From assembly GCA_964482645.1 (NCBI GenBank), contig CAYZYQ010000004.1, forward strand, positions 1-63,775: a stretch of 63,775 bases of DNA. Direction: 5' to 3'. This document shows, piece by piece, positions 48,382-57,886 of the stretch. This DNA comes from an uncultured Lentisphaeraceae bacterium (GTDB lineage Bacteria; Verrucomicrobiota; Kiritimatiellia; RFP12; UBA1067). The notes below the pieces were generated by a model that did not search any database, was not told the DNA's origin, and saw nothing but the letters and a program-made list of their open reading frames with translations. The translations under genes were made by a program, and so were the position numbers. Every line of letters starts with the position of its first letter. Position 1 is the first letter of the stretch.

Positions 48382-48447
48382 ATATTGCTAAACGGATTTA
48401 GCAATTCACATGAAACCAGTGCGATTGCTAAATCCGTTTAGCAATAT
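48382..48447. promoter_or_regulatory. Nested palindrome pair (probable operators)
   Basis: Perfect 24-bp IR (48382-48405 / 48424-48447); each arm is itself ATTGCTAAA-N4-TTTAGCAAT. Confidence 0.7.
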
Positions 48448-48534
48448 TTTGCGTCTGCGTACGCGGATGCGGCATGACCGCATCGGCTCCCTCGGACATC
48501 CCGCGCATAAAATGCGTAAACTTCGCGAACGGGG

Positions 48535-48562
48535 TTGACGTAGAAAAAAAAAACCGTATAAT
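48535..48562 (+). promoter_or_regulatory. Sigma70-like promoter with A10 spacer tract (P4)
   Basis: TTGACG 48535-48540, A10 at 48544-48553, TATAAT 48557-48562; spacer 16 bp. Confidence 0.85.
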
Positions 48563-48628
48563 TGAACTGTTGACTTGAAAAAGGTTTTTCGGCGAACGGT
48601 AATTCAGACGACAACAAGGAGATGGCAG

Positions 48629-51600
48629 ATGAAAACGACACTGAAGACGGGCGTGTTGGGCGCGGCGGTCTGCTGCGCGGCGGCGCTTTGGGGTGAAACT
48701 CTGACATGGACGGGCGCGGCTGGCGACAACGACTGGACGACGCCCGCGAACTGGTCGTCGTCGGCTCTTCCCACCTCTGACGCCACGGTCGTCTTCACGA
48801 ACAACGTCACCGTCACGCCGTCGGCCGATTTCGCCGGCGTCCTCTACGTTACGAACGCCACGGTGACGCTCGTCGTGGACGATGACGCAACGGCCGTGCG
48901 GGCGTTCTCCACCGCGCTGGACATCGGCGCGAAACTCGTGAAGGACGGCGCGGGCGCGTTGACCCTCCGCGCCGCGCCCGGCTACTATCCGGGCGGCATT
49001 CAGGTGAACGCGGGTTCGGTGACGTTCGCTGGCAACGGCGTCTTCGCCGCGCCCGGAATGTTCGGGCCGCTGTCCGTCGCGTCCGGCGCCGCCGTCACGG
49101 TTGCCGACAGTCCTGCCGCCGACCGGCATGGCGTCGTCGTCCGCGCGGAGAAGTGGGAGAAGAGTTTTGCCGACGCATGGCAGGACTTTACAAATTGCGT
49201 CGTTACGGTGACGGCGTTTGCGGACACCTGGGATGCGTTGGGCGCGTCCGGTACGGAGCGCGACCGTTGGATCCATCGGCCAGATGGCGTGTCCACGTTC
49301 CACTTGAAGGGCAACCAGACGGTTGCCGAGCCGTTCTACGCGACAAATACGTGCTACATCGCCCTCTCCCGTGCGCTCATCGCCATCCCGGCGTCCGCCC
49401 GGGTGGCGCCGCGCATTTCCGTGGACGACTACGGATTGCTCATCTGCGACGGCGTGAACTGGTCGGCGATTTATAACAACGGAAGCGTATGGCTGGGGAC
49501 GCGGCGGCTGGCGGCGGGTTGGCACGCATTGGACACGGCATACTACGAACATGCCGGCGATCACAGGCTGGACGTCCGTCTGACATCTCCGTTTTTGCCG
49601 AAGCACACGTACCTTGGCCCGAACCTCCTCTGGCGTGGCGTCTGCTTCACGGATCTCAAATTGGACGCGGACGCGACGCTCACGGTGGCGGACGGACAGG
49701 CCGTCGCGTTCGTCTGCGGGAACGGCACGTCCGTCGCGGGCAAAGTCGCGGGCGGCGCGGATGCCGTCTTCGCGGTCATGGGCGGGAAACTGGCGGCCGA
49801 CGCGGCGGCGTTCGCGTCCTTTGCGGGCAACGTCGAAGTCGCGGCCTACGGTGCGCTGGCGCTGGCGAACGTGCCGGCCGATCCGTCGTTCACGTGCACG
49901 GGCGCGGGGACGTTCGTGGCGGCGAACGAGTTGTCATTCGATTCGGCATTTACGGGGACGGTCGACGTGCCGGCGGGGACCGTCTACACGAACGAACTGG
50001 GCGATGCGGTCTCCTTCATGGGGGCGGGAACGCTTGTGACGGACACGTTGGTCGGCACGGCCGAATTCGACGGCACGGTCGTGCTGCGTGAGCGCACGGC
50101 GGGCGACATGACGGACGTGGCGGGCTTCGCGCCGCAGACCCTGCGCCTGGACGATGGAGCGTCGGTTTCGATTGCGGGAGGCGCTGCATGGAACAGTTTT
50201 GAAAAGCCGCTGCCGGACTGGAACGCGGATCGGGACGCCTGGAATCTGATCACCTATCAGGGATTCAAACGCGACTATCTGAACGAGGTCGGCATGTACG
50301 TGACGAACAATGGCGTCCTTGTGGTGACGGACGATACGGGCTGCCAGCGGAACACCGCCGTCTACACGAACCGTGCGTTCGCCGCCGAGGACATCTGGCG
50401 CATCCGCTTCACGTTCTCGTCCACCCTGCTCAACCGCTGGCCGAATGAAGTCCGCGCCGAGGCGTTCTCCTTCTTCTTGGCGAAGAGTCCGGCGGCCCAC
50501 AATCACAACACCCAGGGGGCGTATCCCGGCGACGCCTATGGGTTCAACATCTATCAGTATCGTGCTGGGGCTCAGGGGTTGACGTGGATTTTGAACGGAA
50601 ACACGGCGGAGGGCCCCGACTATAAGGAGGGCGCGATGGGGATTTCGCTTCTAAAGCCAATCGACATGGACGTGTCCTACCGCGACGGGATGCTGACGGT
50701 TGTGATGACGCAGGGCGCGGCCACGTTCTCGTCTCGGTGCGACATCTCGGAAGCGTTCATGGACGGGACGTGCCGCTATTTCGGCTTCGGCGGTGGTACG
50801 GGTTGGTGGGCCAATGCGGGTGAAATTGAAGGCGCCGGTGGTACATCCGCCGCCGTCTACTGCTACCAGACGATCAGCAACTTCACGGGTTCTGTGGTGG
50901 ACGTGTCCGCCGAGGCGGGACCTGATGTTTCGTTCACGACGGGCGACTGGATGCTAGTGAACGACATGACGCTCCTTCCTGGCGGTACGAACGGTGTGGA
51001 GACGGTGTCGTGGTCGTCTGGAAGTGTCGGTACGAATGGAACGGCCATCTGCCAGACGGCGTTTTCGCCACACCAGGCATTCTGGCTCGACTTGGACGAG
51101 CGCCTGGTGGAAGAGGTCAAGGGATGGGCGGAAGGATTGTCGATCTTCTTCCGTCCATCGGCATCGTTGGAGGGCGTGGGTGGCGGTTATGCCGGGGCGG
51201 GCAATCCGTCGCTTACGTTCCAGCATTACTTTTGGAACAACAAGTTTTTCTGGGATGAAAACGGAAGCTACTCGGCACGTGATCAACATTCAAGCGACAA
51301 CGCCACGCCGAAGTCGCTGGGAACGAACCACATTCGTATTTTCTATGACGGCGCGGGACGGTTCACGGCCACGGTGTCGCGGGGAACGACCACGAAGACG
51401 TTCAAGAAGGACTACGCGAAGATTCTGACGTGGGACAAGTTCTACATGGGTCTCAAGTCGGCCACCTCCTCCTGGGGGGCGTATTTGAAGACGCACGTGC
51501 TCGATCCCGTTGTGACGCAGCCTGTGCCGGGGACGGCGGTCGTGGACACGGTGCTGGAGGTCGTGGCGGACGCGACGGCCACGGTGGCCGTGGGTGGTTG

Positions 51601-52051
51601 GACGACGAACGACGTGGCGTCTGTTGGCTTTGCGACGACGACGCTTCAGGACGGCGGCGTGTTGAACGTGGTGTCCGCCGTGTCGAGCCGCCCGGCGGTC
51701 GTGGCATTCCGCGATGTGACGGTGAACGGCGCGACGAAGGTCGTGGCGGCGGACGGCAACGCCGTGGAGCTGGCGAACGTCGTGGGACCGTCGGCATCGG
51801 ACGTGCTGACGGTGGTAGGGAACTGGACGGCGGTGGACGGGCGTGTCACGTTCCGCGTGGACGCGGCGGCGCTGCCGACGGGCGGGCGCGTGCTGGCGGA
51901 CTTCTCGCGGGCGTCGTACGTCGGCGCGGGCAAACCGGAATTCGTCTGCACGGGGCTGAACGGCGAAGACCTGTCGGCTCGCTGGCGGGTGTCCGCGGTG
52001 AACGACGTCGTCCGCCTTACGTCTCTCGGCTTCCTGCTCATCTTCCGTTGA
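48629..52051 (+). CDS. Large secreted adhesin-like protein: passenger repeat, PA14 domain, two L-type-lectin-like domains; C-terminus GFLLIFR
   Basis: Signal peptide; TWTGAAGDNDWTTPANWS; LVKDGAGALTL; PA14-like SVDDYG...LAAGWHALDTAYYEHAG; EAFSFFLA...RYFGFGGGTG; AAGGAGA RBS. Confidence 0.72.
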   Translation: MKTTLKTGVLGAAVCCAAALWGETLTWTGAAGDNDWTTPANWSSSALPTSDATVVFTNNVTVTPSADFAGVLYVTNATVTLVVDDDATAVRAFSTALDIGAKLVKDGAGALTLRAAPGYYPGGIQVNAGSVTFAGNGVFAAPGMFGPLSVASGAAVTVADSPAADRHGVVVRAEKWEKSFADAWQDFTNCVVTVTAFADTWDALGASGTERDRWIHRPDGVSTFHLKGNQTVAEPFYATNTCYIALSRALIAIPASARVAPRISVDDYGLLICDGVNWSAIYNNGSVWLGTRRLAAGWHALDTAYYEHAGDHRLDVRLTSPFLPKHTYLGPNLLWRGVCFTDLKLDADATLTVADGQAVAFVCGNGTSVAGKVAGGADAVFAVMGGKLAADAAAFASFAGNVEVAAYGALALANVPADPSFTCTGAGTFVAANELSFDSAFTGTVDVPAGTVYTNELGDAVSFMGAGTLVTDTLVGTAEFDGTVVLRERTAGDMTDVAGFAPQTLRLDDGASVSIAGGAAWNSFEKPLPDWNADRDAWNLITYQGFKRDYLNEVGMYVTNNGVLVVTDDTGCQRNTAVYTNRAFAAEDIWRIRFTFSSTLLNRWPNEVRAEAFSFFLAKSPAAHNHNTQGAYPGDAYGFNIYQYRAGAQGLTWILNGNTAEGPDYKEGAMGISLLKPIDMDVSYRDGMLTVVMTQGAATFSSRCDISEAFMDGTCRYFGFGGGTGWWANAGEIEGAGGTSAAVYCYQTISNFTGSVVDVSAEAGPDVSFTTGDWMLVNDMTLLPGGTNGVETVSWSSGSVGTNGTAICQTAFSPHQAFWLDLDERLVEEVKGWAEGLSIFFRPSASLEGVGGGYAGAGNPSLTFQHYFWNNKFFWDENGSYSARDQHSSDNATPKSLGTNHIRIFYDGAGRFTATVSRGTTTKTFKKDYAKILTWDKFYMGLKSATSSWGAYLKTHVLDPVVTQPVPGTAVVDTVLEVVADATATVAVGGWTTNDVASVGFATTTLQDGGVLNVVSAVSSRPAVVAFRDVTVNGATKVVAADGNAVELANVVGPSASDVLTVVGNWTAVDGRVTFRVDAAALPTGGRVLADFSRASYVGAGKPEFVCTGLNGEDLSARWRVSAVNDVVRLTSLGFLLIFR

Positions 52052-52084
52052 CGCGGGGCGGCGGGGAATGGTAGAATGACGGGC

Positions 52085-53896
52085 ATGGAACGGCGACTGA
52101 AAATTCCCTACGGTCTCAAGGACTTCAAGATCATCCGCGACGAGGGCTACTACTACGTCGACAAGACGGCCTACATCCGACGGATGGAGGAACGCGACCG
52201 GTTCGTCTTCTTCGTGCGCCCGCGCCGCATGGGCAAGTCCCTCTTCGTCGAGACGCTGCGCGCCTACTACGACATCAACGAGAAGGCGAACTTCCGGAAG
52301 CTCTTCGGCGGCCTCGACATCGGCGAGAACCCAACGGAGAACGCAAACCGGTACCAAATACTCGCGCTCGACTTCTCGCTGGTCGATAGAGGTATCGGGA
52401 TGACGCTTGAGGATCGTTTCGAGAGCTACCTCTCCACCCGCCTCGACGGCTTCCTCCTCGCGTACGGATCCGCCTACGAGGACGGCCTGATCGACAAGCT
52501 TGCAGACCGGAACGCGGCGGCGAAATTCAACGAGATCGCCATGCGGGCGCGTCTCGCCGGGCATGAAATCTACCTGGTCATCGACGAGTACGACAACTTC
52601 ACGAACGCGATGCTGCGCGACGAGGCGAACGCGGACTACCGCGCCGTCACGCACGGGGCGGGGTTCTACCGTAACTGGTTTAAGGCGTTCAAGGAGGCGT
52701 GCTCGCGGATCTTCATGACGGGCGTCTCGCCCGTGACGATGGACGACCTGACGAGCGGCTTCAACATCGCCGCCAACCTCACGCAGGACGAGGCGTTCAA
52801 CGCGATGGCCGGCTTCTCCGAGGCCGAGGTCGTGAAGATGTACGCGGATTTCAGGGGAACGGGGCGCTTCACGGCGGGCGACCCGGCGGCGATCGTGAAG
52901 GCGATCAAGCCGTGGTACGACGGCTACTGCTTCTCGACGGCCTGCATCGGGAAGGAGTGCGTGTTCAACAGCGACATGGCGCTCTACTACCTGAAGGCGC
53001 TCGTCGCGAAGGGCGAGCCGCCGGAGAACATGGTGGACGCCAACATCAAGACGGACTACCAGAAGCTGAAAATCATCGCCGACATCCAGCGCCGGCAATG
53101 TGGCGGTGTTAGCGTCGCAACGCAGACCTCCGAGACCGGCGCCGGATCTGCCGCCGAAACCGCCATCGCCGAGGGCGTCCTGCCCGTCACGGAACAACTC
53201 GCCGCGACGGGCGAGATCTCGTTCGACCTCGTCGAGAGCTTCCCCGCCGACAAGATCTCCGACCTCGCGAACTTCCACTCGCTCTTCCACTACTACGGCA
53301 TCGTCTCGATGCAGGACCGGCGCGAAGGGCAGACGGTCTTCAAGATCCCGAACGTCTGCGTCCGCCGCCAGCTCTTCGACTACCTGCGCGATGCCTACCG
53401 CCGGACGCGGACGCCCGACTGGATGGCGTGGTCGCGCCTCGCCTCCGCGTTCGCCTACCGGGGCGAGTTCGAGCCGTTCCTGAAACGCCTCGCGCAGGAC
53501 TACGCGGAGACGACGCCCGTGCGCGGCGGCCTCCAGGGCGAGATCCGCGTGCAGGGCTACATGCAGGCGGAGTTCGGGCACCTGAAGTTCTACCTCCTCG
53601 CGCCGGAGATGGAGCTGTCGCGCGGGTTCTGCGACTTCTGCCTCTTCCCCGAGCGCGTCCACTACGGCGACGTGCTGCACAGCTACATCGTCGAACTCAA
53701 GTACGCGAAGGCCGACGCCTCGGACGCGGAGATGGCCGCGAAGGTGGCGGAGGCGAAGGCGCAGCTCGCGAAGTACCGTGCCGACCGTGCCGTTCCGTCG
53801 CTCGCGCACGGCACGACGCTCCACCAGATCGTCTTCGTCTTCCGGGGCGCGGAACTGCACACGCTCGACGAAATCGCCTGCGAGCAGATGTCGTAG
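52085..53896 (+). CDS. AAA-ATPase-like protein with C-terminal PD-(D/E)xK nuclease domain
   Basis: IPYGLKDF, YYVDKT, RPRRMGKSL, IDEYDNF, FMTGVSP, WYDGYCF, GFCDF...IVELKY; probable leaderless ATG 52085 after TAGAAT. Confidence 0.88.
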   Translation: MERRLKIPYGLKDFKIIRDEGYYYVDKTAYIRRMEERDRFVFFVRPRRMGKSLFVETLRAYYDINEKANFRKLFGGLDIGENPTENANRYQILALDFSLVDRGIGMTLEDRFESYLSTRLDGFLLAYGSAYEDGLIDKLADRNAAAKFNEIAMRARLAGHEIYLVIDEYDNFTNAMLRDEANADYRAVTHGAGFYRNWFKAFKEACSRIFMTGVSPVTMDDLTSGFNIAANLTQDEAFNAMAGFSEAEVVKMYADFRGTGRFTAGDPAAIVKAIKPWYDGYCFSTACIGKECVFNSDMALYYLKALVAKGEPPENMVDANIKTDYQKLKIIADIQRRQCGGVSVATQTSETGAGSAAETAIAEGVLPVTEQLAATGEISFDLVESFPADKISDLANFHSLFHYYGIVSMQDRREGQTVFKIPNVCVRRQLFDYLRDAYRRTRTPDWMAWSRLASAFAYRGEFEPFLKRLAQDYAETTPVRGGLQGEIRVQGYMQAEFGHLKFYLLAPEMELSRGFCDFCLFPERVHYGDVLHSYIVELKYAKADASDAEMAAKVAEAKAQLAKYRADRAVPSLAHGTTLHQIVFVFRGAELHTLDEIACEQMS

Positions 53897-54064
53897 GAAG
53901 TGAGCTTTTCTTCTTCTTGTTCCCGTCGCGGCGCCTACCCTCATGGGGTGTCGTGGTCTGCCTCTCTCTTTTTTCGATGCCATGGTTTTCTTTGCCGTCT
54001 CATTAGAGATTGCCATTTGCGCGGATGAGATGCCGTCCGGCCAAGGTTGTGCTACAATAACGTC

Positions 54065-54775
54065 ATGGATTTCAAACGGATTACAAAATGGTTGGACGAC
54101 GTCTTGGATGTGGCGTCGTTTTCGGACGTTTCCAACAACGGCATTCAGATTGCTCGGGGGGACGGAGATGTCGACTGCGTGGCGTTTGGTGTCGATGCGA
54201 GTGTACGGACGGTTGAGGCGGCCATTGCGGCGCGTGCGCAAATGCTTGTCGTCCACCATGGTATTTCGTGGGGCGGCGGCATGGTGCGTCTGACGGGTGG
54301 CGTGTACAATGTCGTGAAAGCGGCGATGGACGGGAATTTGGCCCTCTACGCCGTGCATCTGCCGCTCGACGCGCATCCGCGCTACGGTAACAATTTTGAA
54401 TTGGCGCGTTATCTGGGGCTTTCGAAACTCGAACCTGCATTCGTCTACCACGGTGAAACGATTGGTTGCGTGGGTGAGTTGCCGGATGGCCGGAAAGTTG
54501 GCATCTGTTCGGGCGGCGGTGGCGAATTCGCGCCACGGGCGCGGGAGCTGGGGTGTGACCTCTTCGTTACCGGCGAGGCGGACTGGGGGGAAGTTATTGC
54601 GGCGGAGAACGTCGGCATGAAGATGATTTGTGCGGGGCATTACGAAACCGAGACATTCGGCGTCAAGGCCGTGATGAAGGCGATGGAGACGGCGTTGGGT
54701 GTGAAGACGGTGTTCATTCCACGTGAAAACGAACGTGCCGTACCGGTCGACGCGACGGTGTTAACATCGACCTAA
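54065..54775 (+). CDS. NIF3/YbgI-family dinuclear metal-centre protein
   Basis: DVSNNGIQI, GVDAS, VHHG, LYAVHLPLDAH, VTGE, AGHYETETFGV. Confidence 0.9.
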   Translation: MDFKRITKWLDDVLDVASFSDVSNNGIQIARGDGDVDCVAFGVDASVRTVEAAIAARAQMLVVHHGISWGGGMVRLTGGVYNVVKAAMDGNLALYAVHLPLDAHPRYGNNFELARYLGLSKLEPAFVYHGETIGCVGELPDGRKVGICSGGGGEFAPRARELGCDLFVTGEADWGEVIAAENVGMKMICAGHYETETFGVKAVMKAMETALGVKTVFIPRENERAVPVDATVLTST

Positions 54776-54833
54776 CATCGTCGTGCTATAATCTCAGTCA
54801 TTGTAATCGGATTTGAAAGAGGAGAACGAGAGC

Positions 54834-55823
54834 ATGGATTATTCAAATGCGTCCAGTCAGATTGCGGCCCAAGGCGAATTGGCTGCGAAAATCAAGGAAG
54901 AAGTCGGCAAGGTGATTGTCGGTCAGGAGAAGCTGATCGACCGGCTCGTGCTGGCGCTCGTGACGGACGGCCACATCCTTCTGGAAGGTGTGCCGGGGCT
55001 TGCGAAGACACTGAGTGTCAACACGCTGGCGAAAGTTCTTGGGCTGGACTTCAAGCGCATTTCGTTCACGCCCGACCTGTTGCCGGCCGACGTCGTCGGC
55101 ACGTTGATCTACTCGCCGAAGACGGGCGAGTTCACACCGAAGAAAGGACCGGTCTTCACGAACCTGCTGCTGGCGGACGAAATCAACCGCGCGCCCGCGA
55201 AGGTGCAGAGCGCGCTGCTGGAGTCCATGCAGGAAAAGCAGGTCACGATCGGCGAAACTACGTATGCGCTGCCGAAGCCGTTTCTTGTGCTGGCCACGCA
55301 GAACCCAATCGAGCAGGAAGGCACGTACCCGTTGCCGGAGGCGCAGGTCGACCGTTTCATGTTCAAGTGCCTTGTGGAAACGCCGAGCCGCGAGGACGAG
55401 CGGCGCATCATGCAGCGTTTCGCCCAGCAGGCGAAGACGCCGGACGTCGCGACGGTTTGCACGATGGACGACATCGTCGCGCTGCGCGAGACGTTGAAGG
55501 AGGTCTACTGCGACGAGAAGGTGGGCGACTACATTCTCGATGTCGTGTTCGCGACGCGCGAGCCGGAAAAGACGAAGGGGCTTGAATCTTTGAAGGAGCA
55601 GATTCAGGTCGGCTGTTCGCCCCGCGCCACGCTCTGCCTCAACAAGGCGGCTCGTGCGAACGCGCTTCTGCATGGCCGTGCCTACGCGACGCCGCAGGAC
55701 GTGAAGGAAGTTGCGCACGACGTGCTGCGCCACCGCATCCTTCTTACGTACGAGGCCGAAGCGGAGAACGTGACGAGCGACGCGATCATCGACAAGATCC
55801 TCTCGACAATCCCCGTGCCGTGA
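54834..55823 (+). CDS. moxR: MoxR-family AAA+ ATPase
   Basis: LEGVPGLAKT, RISFTPDLLPAD, LLADEINRAPAKVQSALLE, ATQNPIEQEGTYPLPEAQVDRF, HDVLRHR. Confidence 0.95.
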   Translation: MDYSNASSQIAAQGELAAKIKEEVGKVIVGQEKLIDRLVLALVTDGHILLEGVPGLAKTLSVNTLAKVLGLDFKRISFTPDLLPADVVGTLIYSPKTGEFTPKKGPVFTNLLLADEINRAPAKVQSALLESMQEKQVTIGETTYALPKPFLVLATQNPIEQEGTYPLPEAQVDRFMFKCLVETPSREDERRIMQRFAQQAKTPDVATVCTMDDIVALRETLKEVYCDEKVGDYILDVVFATREPEKTKGLESLKEQIQVGCSPRATLCLNKAARANALLHGRAYATPQDVKEVAHDVLRHRILLTYEAEAENVTSDAIIDKILSTIPVP

Positions 55824-56917
55824 TGTCCATGGCTCTTGCCAGATTTTCGGATCGGGAACGGCAACTTGCGCTGTGGCCGAATCTGGATTTTCAACATCGT
55901 GACGTTTTCCAGCCACGGTGTTCGCCCTGTTGTGACGACGTGTCATCTCGTGCGCTGGCGCGGATCGATTTGGGGGATAGTTTCCTCTGTTGCGACAATT
56001 GGCCGGCACCGACAGTCATCATTTCCGACGGGCCATATGGATTGGCCAGTTATCCAGGCGATCCCGCTTCACCGGAGGGATTGGCCGACTGCTACGAACC
56101 ATTTGCGAAAAAGTGGTATGAACGGGCGTTGCCAGCCACGACGCTATGGTTCTGGAATTCCGAACAGGGATGGGCGAATTGCCATCGGATGCTTGAGGCC
56201 AGCGGGTGGGAATTTCGAAATTGCCACATCTGGGATAAAGGAATTGCGCATGTTGCGGGGAATTGTAATACGCGAACCATTCGCAAGTATCCCGTCGTGA
56301 CGGAGGTTTGTGCGCAGTACGTGCGTAAAAATCGGCTTGTTTCGGCTGGTCATTCTTTGCCGCTCAAGGAATGGTTGCGAGCCGAATGGAAACGTTCGGG
56401 ACTGCCTTTTCGTCTGACAAACGCGGCGTGTGGTGTCAAAGACGCCGCGACGCGCAAGTACTTTGCCACGGATGCCATGTGGTATTTCCCGCCGTCCGAT
56501 GCGTTTGTCGCAATCGCCGCTTATGCGAATCGCCATGGACGTACCGAGGGGCGGCCTTATTTTGCGAAGGACGATGGAACGGCGTTTTCGGCCAGTGAAT
56601 GGGATTTGATGCGGGCGAAGTTTCATTGTGAGATCGGAGTCTCGAACGTTTGGCATTATCCGGCCGTGCGAGGACGCGAACGTATCAAGAAAGGTTCGGC
56701 GTGTCTGCACATGAACCAGAAGCCAATCGAACTTTTGATGCAGATTGTTCGGTCGTCGTCAGATCCCGGTGATGTCGTGTGGGAGCCATTTGGCGGTCTC
56801 TGCTCTGCGTCTGTCGCGGCAGTCCGCTTGGGACGTTCCGCATACGCCGCCGAACGCAATCCCGAATACCATGCTGTAGCGAAAAGGAGGCTCGATGAAG
56901 AACTTGCGCAATGTTAG
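55823..56917 (+). CDS. Beta-class amino (N6-A or N4-C) DNA methyltransferase
   Basis: IISDGPY catalytic motif precedes HMNQKP and the VVWEPFGGLCS SAM-binding motif; ATG overlaps the moxR stop (TGATG). Confidence 0.85.
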   Translation: MSMALARFSDRERQLALWPNLDFQHRDVFQPRCSPCCDDVSSRALARIDLGDSFLCCDNWPAPTVIISDGPYGLASYPGDPASPEGLADCYEPFAKKWYERALPATTLWFWNSEQGWANCHRMLEASGWEFRNCHIWDKGIAHVAGNCNTRTIRKYPVVTEVCAQYVRKNRLVSAGHSLPLKEWLRAEWKRSGLPFRLTNAACGVKDAATRKYFATDAMWYFPPSDAFVAIAAYANRHGRTEGRPYFAKDDGTAFSASEWDLMRAKFHCEIGVSNVWHYPAVRGRERIKKGSACLHMNQKPIELLMQIVRSSSDPGDVVWEPFGGLCSASVAAVRLGRSAYAAERNPEYHAVAKRRLDEELAQC

Positions 56918-57818
56918 GTTTGAACCGCCACAACAGGTGTTTCCGTCCGTTGAATGGGCGCACCATGCGCTATGGACGGGCGTTCGCGCTGCGCTCAAAT
57001 CGTTGCCGGCCTATTTTCGCAGCGAAACGTTTATTGAAGGCATCAGCGCGATTGATATATTTACCTTGAATTCCGCGCTGGGCGCGACGATCGAGAATCA
57101 AGTGGTGGATGCGTTGAATGCCATTCGGAGCGTATGGGATGTCAATGGACGTTATGGAACGTATGTTTTCCAACGGCAACCACAGTCCTTTCCCGATGTG
57201 GTGTTAAAAAATCTTGCGAATGAAAATGAAACGCCACTCATGGGAATCGAACTGAAAGGATGGTATCTTCTTGCGAAAGAGGGTGAGCCGAGTCTCCGTT
57301 TTACGCAGACCGAGGCCGCCTGTGCGGATGCCGACATGATCATGGTTGTTCCATGGGCGTTGAGTAGTGTGATTTCCGGTCGCCCTCGAATTTACGAACC
57401 TTATATCGAATCCGCGAAATACGCGGCGCGTTACCGCAACCTTCATTGGAGAGCTATGCGTGGAGAGGGGGATGACGCGCAGATCGTTGTTCCCGCCATC
57501 GCCACGCCGTATCCGAAAAAGAGCGATGCGACAACCGACTATCCAAAATCGGATCGTAGGGGCAATTTTGGACGAATCGCGCGGACGGGCATGATGGACG
57601 AGTATCTTGACTTGATGCGAAAGCATCCCGTGTGCGGAATCAAGGCCGCATATTGGTTGGAGTTCTTCAAGATATTCCATCAGGATTCAACGGATTCGGA
57701 TATACAGGAAGCGTTGATACGTTTGCGTACAAAGGCTGAGTCGGTAGACGATTCGCCAGCTCGTCGGAAGTTGCTCGACATTATTTTGGCTTTTGAAACA
57801 CTTGTCGAGACGAAATGA
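56895..57818 (+). CDS. Putative Type II restriction endonuclease (PD-(D/E)xK)
   Basis: FPDVVL...GIELK motif; 23-bp overlap with the MTase gene; lower GC. Confidence 0.65.
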   Translation: MKNLRNVRFEPPQQVFPSVEWAHHALWTGVRAALKSLPAYFRSETFIEGISAIDIFTLNSALGATIENQVVDALNAIRSVWDVNGRYGTYVFQRQPQSFPDVVLKNLANENETPLMGIELKGWYLLAKEGEPSLRFTQTEAACADADMIMVVPWALSSVISGRPRIYEPYIESAKYAARYRNLHWRAMRGEGDDAQIVVPAIATPYPKKSDATTDYPKSDRRGNFGRIARTGMMDEYLDLMRKHPVCGIKAAYWLEFFKIFHQDSTDSDIQEALIRLRTKAESVDDSPARRKLLDIILAFETLVETK

Positions 57819-57886
57819 ATAGGACGACGAACGTAGAAAAGCGAAAGCGCGGCGGAGAGTTCGTGTCGCATTGACGGAGTGGTGAG

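Noticed and set aside
51290-54640. 1116-aa minus-strand ORF
   Set aside because: Shadow of the adhesin, AAA-nuclease and NIF3 genes; no motifs.
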